Positions 54,024 through 64,000 of a stretch of 64,000 nt of DNA are shown here, piece after piece. Under the pieces are notes generated by a model. The model saw only the letters and a list, made by a program, of their open reading frames with translations, had not been told where the DNA came from and did no database searches. Positions within the stretch are counted from its first letter, which is position 1, and each line of letters starts with the position of its first letter. The translations under genes were made by a program, and so were the position numbers. This DNA is from Geosiphon pyriformis uo1 (lineage: Eukaryota; Fungi; Glomeromycota), in the NCBI GenBank assembly GCA_016748015.1, contig JAAOMT010000460.1:88820-152819 (forward strand), read 5' to 3'.

Positions 54024-54747
54024 CCAAAAGAATGTATAAAAGCAAGTAGTTGTAGAAGTTGAAAAGACAGTTAGTTAAGAATCAATTTTACTTTGTAATA
54101 TACTTATTATATATTCATAATCCAAAATATAATAAATTAAAAAACAAAATCCCATTTACCAATTTATGCTCTCCAATCTTATGGATTTTAATTAAAATTA
54201 AAATCAGTATTTTCTACTTTGTTCCAGGACAGATGCCATTGGCATAAATGCCTCAAACCCTTAAAAACAATTTGGATCAATCGCTTTTGATCATAGTGAT
54301 TGATGGGAACTAATTCTTTTCTTTTCTTTTTATTTTTTTCTTTTTTTATTTTTTTTTTATTTTTTGGGAGCAGCAATATAAGAAAATTGACTGTCTTGGA
54401 ATAGGCTTTGTAATAGCCTGGTAAAAGAGAGAAGCTCCCCCTAAGTTTGGATATTAACATTATCTTGATAGCTTACCAGAAGAGCAAAAAGACACTGCTG
54501 GATCCTAACAACTGTGCTTGTTAGCATGGAGAAAAAAGTTCACATTTTTTTGGAAAACGTTGCAATTAACAGAAAACAAACTCTGTGCCTTATAACCAAA
54601 GGACTTAATGGGTAAATTTACAGCCAGAAATAGACCTTTAGAGACTGATAACACTAACATGGCAGAAAAAGCAAACAACTTTAGAAGACAACTCTAAACT
54701 AGAACACCAAACGTTATCACCATACCCTACCCAGTTTATTTGTAACA
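54024..54747 (+). mobile_element. 5'-truncated LTR, family C
   Basis: Colinear with 25197-25916 and ends TGTAACA. The first ~190 bp of the LTR and ~30 bp of host LINE are missing. Confidence 0.88.
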
Positions 54748-57299
54748 ATAGTTTGAAGACTTTTGAGCAGATTCAGGCTAAGAACAAAGTAGCTTTTATA
54801 ATGTGTTTTGTGAACTTTATTGGAATTTTAAGTTGTTTGTTTTTGTACTGGTCTCATGATTTGCAAGTTCTGGCTTGAAGTTTGCTTTATTCTTTGGTTT
54901 TTTCTGCTCATATTAGAATTAATGCTTCTAATAATTTTCTGGCAGATGTGGTTTGTATTTTTTTTAGATGTGAGTTGTTCTTGAGTGGTCATATAAACAG
55001 CTCTTTCTGTTTTTGTAATGGGACTTTTATGTTATTAGTTCTTGGCAAATCTGAAATTTTTAAGTTTTTTCTATCCCTTTGGTGCTATAGCATTGCTTTT
55101 GTGAAGCAGCTTTGTTGTAAAGATGGTTCTGTATTTGATTAGAAAACATTCAAGCATTGGAAAAGGTTGGATCTGTGTGGCCCTGTTTCTGGTTGGTTTG
55201 AGTGTTCTGTTAGCTTTCTTAATGATAAGATTTCTCCTCCTAATTGCTTAGCTTCTTTTGGTATTTCTGAACCTTCAAATATTTTGAAGTCTGATGAATT
55301 TAGACTTATATGTAATCATTTGTTGGATGTTATAGCTGACAGTCTTTCTGTTTATACTGATAGATCTTTAAAGAACTTGGGGAGTATGGATGTTAAGACT
55401 GGTGTAGCAGTTTATTTTGAGAATATTGATCTGGGTTTGGGAGTTAGGGTTTTAAATATGATGTTTTCTATTCTGGCAGAATTACAGACTGTTGCATTGA
55501 CTCTTAAGTATGTTCCTTCTCTTAGCTCAGTTTGTTTTTTTACAGACAGTTAGGCTGCTTTGGATGCATGCAAATTGGAATTGGGTCTAGTGCATTCAGA
55601 TTTTTGAAATTAGTGTTGAGTTGAGCATTAGCACATAGTAAATATTATTTGGAAAAAAAATTTGAACATTAGTTGGCACAAAATAAAAGGGCATTCAAAT
55701 ATCTCAGGTAATGTGCATACTGACATGCTTGCCAATGCAGCTTCTCTTTCTTTATGGTATTTCTTTCTCCAGTTGGATGAACATTATATTTTGGCTGAAG
55801 GTAGTATTGTCTCTGGCAATTTTAGGCATTTTGTTCATAGAATCTTTCAGTTTATTCATCATGCACATTGGGAAGTCAGTTTTGAATATAGGGTTCTGGA
55901 TAATAGTTTACTGTCAGATGTTAATTGGTCTAGCTCATTTTTAATATGGCATCCTGATTTGTACATGGCTGCTGGTTTCACTAGTAGGCCAATTGCTAGT
56001 GTTTATACATATTTTATGAAGGCTTTACATCATTAGTTGTTGGTTGTTATATAGAAGCATCTGTATGATAAGTGTTACTTTAGTGTATTGTGTCTGTATT
56101 ATGGTGATATTGAGATCTCAAATCATGCTTTTTCTTGCATAGTTGATGATTTTGTTTATCGCTAATTGTTAAAAACTCATGCAGTTACTTGAGGTGCTTT
56201 CTAGTCTTTTTTGCTCTTCTTTATGTGTGTCTCAGTTGTTTTTTTTATGTGTTTCAAATATGGCAGTATGTATGGCTTTTTGCAAAGACTTTGTTTTTAA
56301 TAATTGGCTTCAAGAGACTGTGTTTATTTTTAATGATGCAAAAATAACAGGTTGGAAGATTGTGGACTTTGTACATAACTTTTGGTTTGCTTTCAGGAAT
56401 GAAGTTTGGATTGTTCATGCTAAGCATTATGTATTTATGGAAAAGAATAGACTGATACCATGTGATGGTTTAGCTTTGGTTTCAGTTTCTGGGCTGCTCT
56501 CGGTGCTTTTTGTTGATGTGATTAGATTGCTTAGTATTGCCAAGACATTTGGTACTAGCTTTGGATTTTATAAGTCTTTTTTATTTTTTTTAGGTATTGG
56601 GTATTCTGTTTCTGTCTATATAGGTGTTTAGTGTTGTCCTAATCGGCTTGAGTGGCTGGTTATATATAGAAAATACATGATTTATACCTAGTTTAGATCA
56701 ATTATTTGATGTATTATACTAGGTAGTATTTGGATCTCACTCATTAAATGTTAAAAATAAAATAAAATATATAATTAATATAAAAATCTAATATGTTTAT
56801 AAATAAATAAAATAAATAAAACTTGAAATAATTATTATATTTTTTCTAATATATAATTTTATCTTTATTTATAAAGTTTGGCAAACTTAATAGTTTAATT
56901 TAAATGTTTTATGTTAAAAAAATATTGTAATATTAAAAAAAAATAAGATTTATTAATAAAAATATAAAATATTTTTATTCATATTTTAATTAAAATTATA
57001 TTAATAATAAATTCTATATTAATAATAAATTCTATATTAATAAAAAAAAATTTAAATTTAATATGTAATCTAAATACTATCTAATATAATATATTAAATT
57101 AAAAAACTTAAATTAAATATAATTTATATATTTATTATATATAATTAAATATAAATTTAGTTTAAACTAAATTATATTAATTTAAAAAACTTATTCTAAA
57201 AAACATCTTATTTATAATAATAAGTAGTATATTATTATTTTTAATTAAACTATTTAACTATTTAATAATTATATTTATATTAGATTTAATATTATTAAG

Positions 57300-58490
57300 T
57301 TGATATTTTTAAAAAGTAATTAATTTATTATAAAGTTTATTATTAAGTAGTCTAATATTATACTTATTTATATAAATATTATTAAAATTATGTTCAATTT
57401 TAATTATTGCTATATTTAGAAAAAGCTAATTAACTGTTTTATTAAGAACAAATATTTTATTTTAAATACAAAAAACAATATTTTTAGTTTTTACATACAA
57501 TACAGAAAAAATACTTAAAAAAGTAATAACTAAAGTAACCAAAAAACTAATTAGTTTAACAATAGATTAAATCAAAAAAACTAAACTTGAAATTTTAGAA
57601 TTCAGAAAATCTAATCTAGACTTAATAACAGAATTAACAATAAAAGTGGCCAAAAAAACAATAAAAAAAAAATTTTAAAAATAGAAATCTCAGTATAAAA
57701 TTTTTTATTAATAAAAAATAACACAAAAAGCTTAAAATTAACAATAATTCTAACAAATAACTTAGAAAAAATAAGTAGTAGCATTTTATAATTAGCAAAC
57801 AAATATTCAAAATTTTGATATCTATAATAATAATAATATTTAAAAATTTTTTATCAGATATAAGTATTGGTTTTATTATAATAAAATTTAAAAATTTGTA
57901 AAAGTTAAATATTACAATAGTAAAGTATTAATAATAATAATAATTAGAAAACAAAAAATAAAACAAGTATAATTATTAACTTAAAAAATCAATTTAAAAA
58001 CAATATAACTAAAAAAAATTGATTAATTTAGTCTTAAAATTGTTTTTTAAAGTAATAATTTCTTTTTAGTTAAACAAAAAAATCTTAATATATTTTTTTT
58101 AACTATTACAAATTAGTTATTTAAAATAATATTAACAAAAAAAGAGTTTTTAAAATTAATAATAATATATTATTACAAACTAATAAACTTTAATTTAACT
58201 AAAATAATAACACCAAAAATACCAAATTTTTTTTTAACATTATTAGAAAATATGCCAAAAAAAATATCATAAAATACAACAAAAGTAGAAAAAAACCAAA
58301 AACTAATACAAAAAATTTTATAATCTTAAGTATAATCAAAAAAAAACTATTAATAAAAACTTTAATAACAATAACCAAAAAAGTTTCAAAAACAAAATCT
58401 ATATAAAATAACTTAATATTATTTTTTAAAACAAATTTAAGTTTAATAAAACCAAATAACAAATAAAATAAAAAATTAATAAGAACCAAT
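57300..58490 (-). mobile_element. Eroded ORF1 fragment of the second LINE subfamily
   Basis: Reverse-complement homology to 18540-19700. Confidence 0.6.
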
Positions 58491-58599
58491 TTTTTTTTAC
58501 TTTTTGTTTCTATTTAAAAATAATTTATTTTAACAAATAATATTGTTATTTACAATAATATTTATTATTTTGTAAATATTTTTTTATATATTTATTAAA

Positions 58600-59450
58600 A
58601 AATCAGGTCTAATTTAAATATAATACATGAATTTTTACTTAAAAATATAAATTAAATATAAATTTAATAGTATAACATTCTAATTTACACATGTTGTTTG
58701 GTTTTATAAGTAAATTTTTAATTAATTTACATATTTACATAATAAAAATATTATATAAAAAATTTTTTATAATAGTTTATAAATAGTTTTATAACAAATT
58801 ATATTTAAATATATAATATTTATATATAGAAATAAAACTTTCTGATCATATTTTTATATTTAATAAAAATATTAATATGTATAAGAAATTATTATTAAAA
58901 TATATTAGTTTTTAGAAGTTTTTAATAAATACTTATGTTTTGTTATTATTAGTTTTGCAGATTTTATTTTTAAAAAAATTTGATAATAGTTTATATATTA
59001 TTTTTTGTAAAAACATAATTTTGAGAAATTGGTTTGCAAAAACTGTTTTAGTTTTTAAAAATATTAAAAAAATAATATTGGAATTAATAATTTTTATGTA
59101 TTAATTAATAATAAAACATTGAAATAAGATTTAATTATATAAATTTAAGTATAAAACAACTATAAAAAAGAGTAATTTAGTTAATAATAATAATTCTGTA
59201 CTATATATTTAATATAACTTATTTAATAAGTTTTTAGATATTAATTATTATTAAAACTTTTGTAATTAGTTTTGGTTTTTATAAAAAATATAATTTTTTT
59301 TAAATTGTTTATATCTGTATAATAATATTTTAATTGATTTAAATGACTAATTAAATGTAAAAAATGTGTAAGCTACATAATTAAAAACACTTAATTTGTT
59401 TTTATATATTAGATAATAATTAAATCTTATTCATTAACAATAAAAATAAT
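58600..59450 (+). mobile_element. Extremely eroded LINE 3' end
   Basis: NWFAKTVLVFKN (~59028) and KTFVISFGFYK (~59253) match the ORF2 C-terminus at 56300-56600. A 3' UTR ghost follows. Confidence 0.55.
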
Positions 59451-59800
59451 AATTGGTCAATTTATAATAATAACTTAATAATTAATTTTACTATTTAATA
59501 TGTTTTAAACAAATTTAGTAAACTAAAACAAAATATAAGTTTTAAAAGTTTAAATAAAAATCTTAACATAAAACTTTTTATAAAAAATAAATGCATTTAG
59601 ATTATTTTACAAAAATAAGAACTACAATTTTATAACTCTTAATATACAAGCTGCTTTGGAAAAATTAAATAAAAATAGTGTTTTATGACTTTTTAAACTG
59701 GTTATTTGTAATTGAAATTTAATTAGTAATAAAAAATAATGGAAAAAAATTTCAAATAAAACCAATTTTGCTAAACGAAATGAATCAGAGCTTTATATAT

Positions 59801-59806
59801 CACGTG
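59801..59806. promoter_or_regulatory. CACGTG E-box (bHLH/Cbf1-type site)
   Basis: Exact motif ~130 bp upstream of the CKS1 ATG. Function inferred. Confidence 0.4.
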
Positions 59807-59819
59807 CCTAACATTTCAG

Positions 59820-59825
59820 ACGCGT
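59820..59825. promoter_or_regulatory. MCB (MluI cell-cycle box) ACGCGT
   Basis: Exact motif ~110 bp upstream of a cell-cycle gene in a very CpG-poor neighbourhood. Function inferred from yeast MBF biology. Confidence 0.5.
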
Positions 59826-59932
59826 TATTTGCTTTAAAATCAGTCTTAGCCTAAATCACCTATTTGAACCAACCTGGCTTTCTTCAATTAGTTGCTACAA
59901 AAACAAAGGATACAACTCGAAGGAACTTTAAA

Positions 59933-60753
59933 ATGCAAGTTGACCAGCCCACCCAACAAGAATGTCAAAAAGTCCCAGAAGAATGGTTAGCAAGAAACTC
60001 TAGTTTCGTTTTAGTGAGTCCCCCAAAGGCGAAGATCAAGTCATATCTTTAACTTGTGTAATATTCTGTGTCAACCTTTGTTCAGGAAAGCTCCGGTAAA
60101 TATAACCTGGGAAGAACAAAGAGCATTAGATATCCAAAAGTGGGAAGACGAGATTATATACTCGGGAAGATATTATGGTTTGTTTACGTGTCTCTTAAGA
60201 AAAAATTTTATATTTTCAATCCCTTTATCTAACGGTTTAATTCATTTTTTAACAGACAAAGAAAAAGAATATAGGTATCAAAAGAAATTACTACTTTTCA
60301 ATTGAAGGATTTGAAAATTTAAAATAGTTTTTCCTTAACCTATTGTTTAATAGTCATATTTATAAAGAAACAGTGACTAATTGACTCTCCTTGAACTTTT
60401 GCTGGTAATCGAATCATCAACCTTCACAATTTTGTACTCTACTAGACATGTCACGTTGCCCCGAGCAATTGCTCAATATATGCCCAGGGGTAAGCTCTTA
60501 TCCGAAATAGAATGGAGAAGCCTCGGGTTAAAACAATCGGAAGGATGGGAGCATTACTTAATTCATGGTAAGAAGAAACAAAGGAATTAATTTTATTTTT
60601 AGCAAAAAAAAGGAATTTTTATTTGACAATAAAAATCTTCTAATTATGTTGTTGATAATTGTTCATGAAATAGGCCCAGAGCCTCACATTATGCTCTTCA
60701 GAAGAGAAAAGCATTACCAGCTTAAATGGCCGTACCGCAACCCACAAAACTAA
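59933..60753 (+). CDS. CKS1: Cyclin-dependent kinase regulatory subunit Cks1/Suc1, 121 aa, 5 exons
   Basis: Exons 59933-59985, 60086-60177, 60256-60274, 60446-60567 and 60674-60753 (all GT-AG, total 366 nt) give ...IIYSGRYYDKEKEYRHVTLPR...[35 protein letters not shown]..., the Cks signature including the HxPEPH hinge. Confidence 0.95.
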
Positions 60754-61018
60754 AGATATAGAAACAAAAGGGCGTGAAATTTCAAAGAAAAACCAATTCT
60801 TGGCCCATTATTGAACAATATGAAATGTCAAAAATTGAATGGTCAATATTTGCAAGATTTAATTATATATATTCATATTAAGGTGTTATCGTTTATTAAA
60901 TCTTGATCACTTAACAATTTTCAATAAAAAGCGTAAAACTTGGCAGTAATATTCATTTTTTTTTGAAGAAATATACTTTCTAAAATTACTTTTTAAGCTA
61001 TTAAATTGCCTTATTACT

Positions 61019-64000
61019 ATGTCTTTTGACGCAATTGCCGAGTTTTTTGGAATCGCCGACAGACCAACTTTCACTTCACTTGGGAAAAGAAAATCCTCAG
61101 CCTCAAGCAACGAAATTGAAAGTGAAAATATTAAAACAGAAGAAGAAAGCGGCAAAAAACGACGGGTCCTAGTACCAAAGGTCGAAGAAATTGAGGAGAT
61201 TGATGAATCCCCGACAGGTGTTGTGGAAGATTTATTCAATCAACTGCGCTTCAGCCAGTGCATCAGGTTATTGATTGAAATTCTGTTATGTTGTTTCTTT
61301 TTTAGATAGTTATTTTTAGAAACGCTTTTTGAAGTTACTGATTTATACACAGATTCCAATTAAACCTATCAATCACTCTTTTAATGTACAGTAAAATAGC
61401 ATGGTCCTCTCAAAACGTTATTGCCTGGGTGTCACCTAAAGAACGTGACGGAGTTCACATTTTGAAACCGATGCGAAATAATCTCTCCGCATCTGATGTG
61501 TATGTGGATAAATGGTCATATCCACAGAACGCATCTCGATCAATGACAATTGACACTGAACAATTTCACGCGGGAAATGACATCGTTAATATCGTGTTCA
61601 ATCAATTTGGAAATGTATTGGCTTCGATTGATCGTACCGGGATTATTGTGCTATGGTTTATGGAAGAATTTATTAATGAATGGAAGTCAATTTGGAATGT
61701 TGATATAAAAGAACCAGTGGTTGCGTTCTGGTGGCTGGCGATTGAAAGAAAAGTGAGTTATCTAAAGCCATCTCCACATAACGAACAAGCGAAACTTGAT
61801 CAATGTTTATTTATTATAAACTTTTCGTTTTTCGATTTATAGTGGGAGCTCGCAAACAATTCATATCAGCGTGCACCATTCAAAGGACCTAGAAATCGAT
61901 TCGGACATCTGGCGTTTGTGGCAGTCACATCAAGTGGGAAGGTATCTTTTCTTTCTGTTATTAGATTAATTAATTCTTCAGATAATATCAAAACCCATTA
62001 AATGTTATTTGATTGTACACATAAATTTTTTTTACAATTATAGCTTTCTTTATTTTATCAACAAGACCGAAGAATCTTTCTAAAAAATACTACACAACTA
62101 GAGGTATCTACTAATAGCTTCGTGACCCACACAGATTACATCTTAAATAATGGTAATTTTATAAAACAATACCTCTAAATTCTTCGAGTGTTTCGAGAAA
62201 TATTAATTTTCTCATATACCAATAAAATTAATCTTGGAATCCGCAGATGGCCGATTTATCCTAGCTACATATAGCGCAAATTCTTTGTCATCTGTTGTAA
62301 CGATATCCGAAGTATCCATCGATTTATTGTTGCTTGATGATGCAAATCAAAAGCCTCAAAGCAGTTCACCTATTGAAAGTCGGACCATTGCTAATATCGA
62401 TTTATCAGTTACAATGGCAGATCCTGCGGATACAAAAAATTGTGGACAATTAATTCATTTAAAATTGCTTTCACCGTCTCCGCAAGATAATATTGTTCGT
62501 GTAGTTTTGGTGATGGCTGAAGAAAATGGTAAGTGCTCCATTGATGAATATTTACCCTAAACTTGATAAACAAAAATTTTTCTAATCTAAATTATGTTTG
62601 ATATTTTATCATTACTTGCAAATATTTACAGAAAAATCAGGGAAGAGAATGTACCATAGTAATCTATTATTCTTTGAGTTAAATAAGACGGATTCGGTTC
62701 CCACAAAGATAGAAGGAACTAAGAGTTATGACAGACTTGTAAGTTTATTTCTAACTTTAATCACCATCGTATTTTATCAGGCCTTCTAATAATTTGTAGT
62801 CTTATATTAGCTAAATACTCGGTTGCTAGACCGTATTAATATACCTAAAAGATTAATAACAAGCCTCTGGCAACATCAGACAGAAGTTGTCATAGGTTTT
62901 GATAATGGCCAAATTGAGTTTCGTGAATGGTATTTGTTATTAATCTCATTTTTGATTTTTGCTTTTGTTGTCTAGAATCGATATCAACTTATTATCTTTA
63001 TTTTTCAATAATAAACTTTTTCATCTTTAGCTCAACCTTGAACCTAATAATTAATGACGAAGTTTTTATGATCGATGATTTGAAAAACCAGTGCTTACCT
63101 AGCTTTAGTGTCTGGGGGATTCATAGTAGCCGAGGTGATAGCATTGCCCAATTTACAACATCTCCCAATAGCGCGGTCCTTCTCTGTGTCCGGTCTTCGG
63201 GACAGCTTGATTTTATTGATATTGCTGATTCCTCAATTTTTAATTATCTGACAAAATTTGATCGAACCTCAATCGTCAGTTTTTTTGCTCCCCTATTGAC
63301 ATTGTCTCTACTGAACAACATTGATCACATTGATTTAGAAAATGTGCTTATCAAGATTGCACATGAACAAAAAGTGAATGGTATTTGAAGTGGTTATAAG
63401 AACTTTTTCTGCTATCTTAAATATTAATCTCTTCTCGTTTAATTTACAAAGATTTTATCGAGCTGCTTCTTGAAGCAGCTTTTCTGAATATCGTAAGAGT
63501 TTTTCCGGATGGATCAAATACATCCCAATCATCTGAGCTAATGAATAGATTGTTAGGAGTTCAACTTTCCTTACTAAAGGGGCCAGATCAAGATGGCGTG
63601 CAATACTTAAACACACTTGCCTTGATGCAGCTAAGAACAGTAGATGCCGCTTTCCAGAACAGCTACTCATTCAATAATTCTTTCGCTCACGGTTAGTGAA
63701 AAATGGTTAAATTTTATTGATTCAAGAGCCAATTATAATTTTTAACAATTCTTATCTAGACTCTCTATTATCTCTGCTTCATTTGAGTTTATGGGTGGTT
63801 GATTTTTATGTCAATTTTGTGAAGAACATTTATGTACATTATAACACTTTTCGACAAGGACGAGATTTAGGTAAAATACGTTTATGTTCAACTTAAATGG
63901 TTCGCTCCACAATTTTATATCAACCGAGTCCTTCAATTTGGAAATTATTTAGCACAAGAGAAATCTCATTTAACCCTGTTTTGCAACAGTCAAACCCGTA
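61019..64000 (+). CDS. MED16: Mediator subunit 16 (Sin4)-like protein, 5' part, runs off the window
   Basis: In-frame GT-AG exons 61019-61266, 61353(or 61392)-61752, 61843-61941, 62044-62152, 62247-62528, 62632-62738, 62811-62929, 63031-63380, 63452-63691, 63760-63870, 63953->. Motifs IAWSSQNVIA, FNQFGNVLASIDRTGIIVLW...INEW, AFVAVTSSGK and LWVVDF fit the Med16 beta-propeller and helical region. Confidence 0.8.

Larger units (their letters stand above)
40193..56770 (+). mobile_element. LINE copy 2, split by Gypsy B (41737-50835) and a truncated LTR C (54024-54747)
   Basis: ORF1 at 40340-41736 plus 50840-51403, ORF2 at 51400-56631 (APE, RT, VYTDRS RNase H, KGHSNISGN). The 3' UTR matches LINE 1 and ends in an A-rich tail at ~56750-56770. 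Confidence 0.9.

Noticed and set aside
60907-61239. 110-aa minus-strand ORF
   Set aside because: Antisense to MED16 exon 1, with no recognisable domain.

Overview
Eukaryotic, fungal-type genomic window (spliced GT-AG genes with short introns). The element families and protein fragments resemble those of Glomeromycotina/arbuscular-mycorrhizal-type fungi; this is an inference from recall, not a search. About 59.6 kb (1-~59,650) is a nested graveyard of dead retrotransposons, with no element intact. It holds at least four LTR families (A-D, all TGT..ACA termini; A-C show 4-bp target duplications), a Ty3/Gypsy element carrying a dUTPase and a Cys-rich module between protease and RT, and a second Gypsy with both LTRs. 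It also holds several APE-RT-RNaseH-zinc-finger LINEs with RRM-type ORF1. All repeats are eroded almost only by C->T/G->A transitions: CpG is nearly absent and the oldest layers are close to pure A/T. The last ~4.2 kb switches abruptly to normal CpG-containing sequence with two host genes: a 5-exon CKS1/SUC1 gene behind an MCB (ACGCGT) and a CACGTG box, and the 5' part of a multi-exon MED16/SIN4 gene. The most interesting signals are (i) repeat-restricted, double-stranded transition hypermutation with a sharp border, (ii) the dUTPase/Cys-rich cargo of Gypsy family A, (iii) 4-bp ATNN/NNAT target duplications and (iv) ATGA stop-start coupling of the LINE ORFs.
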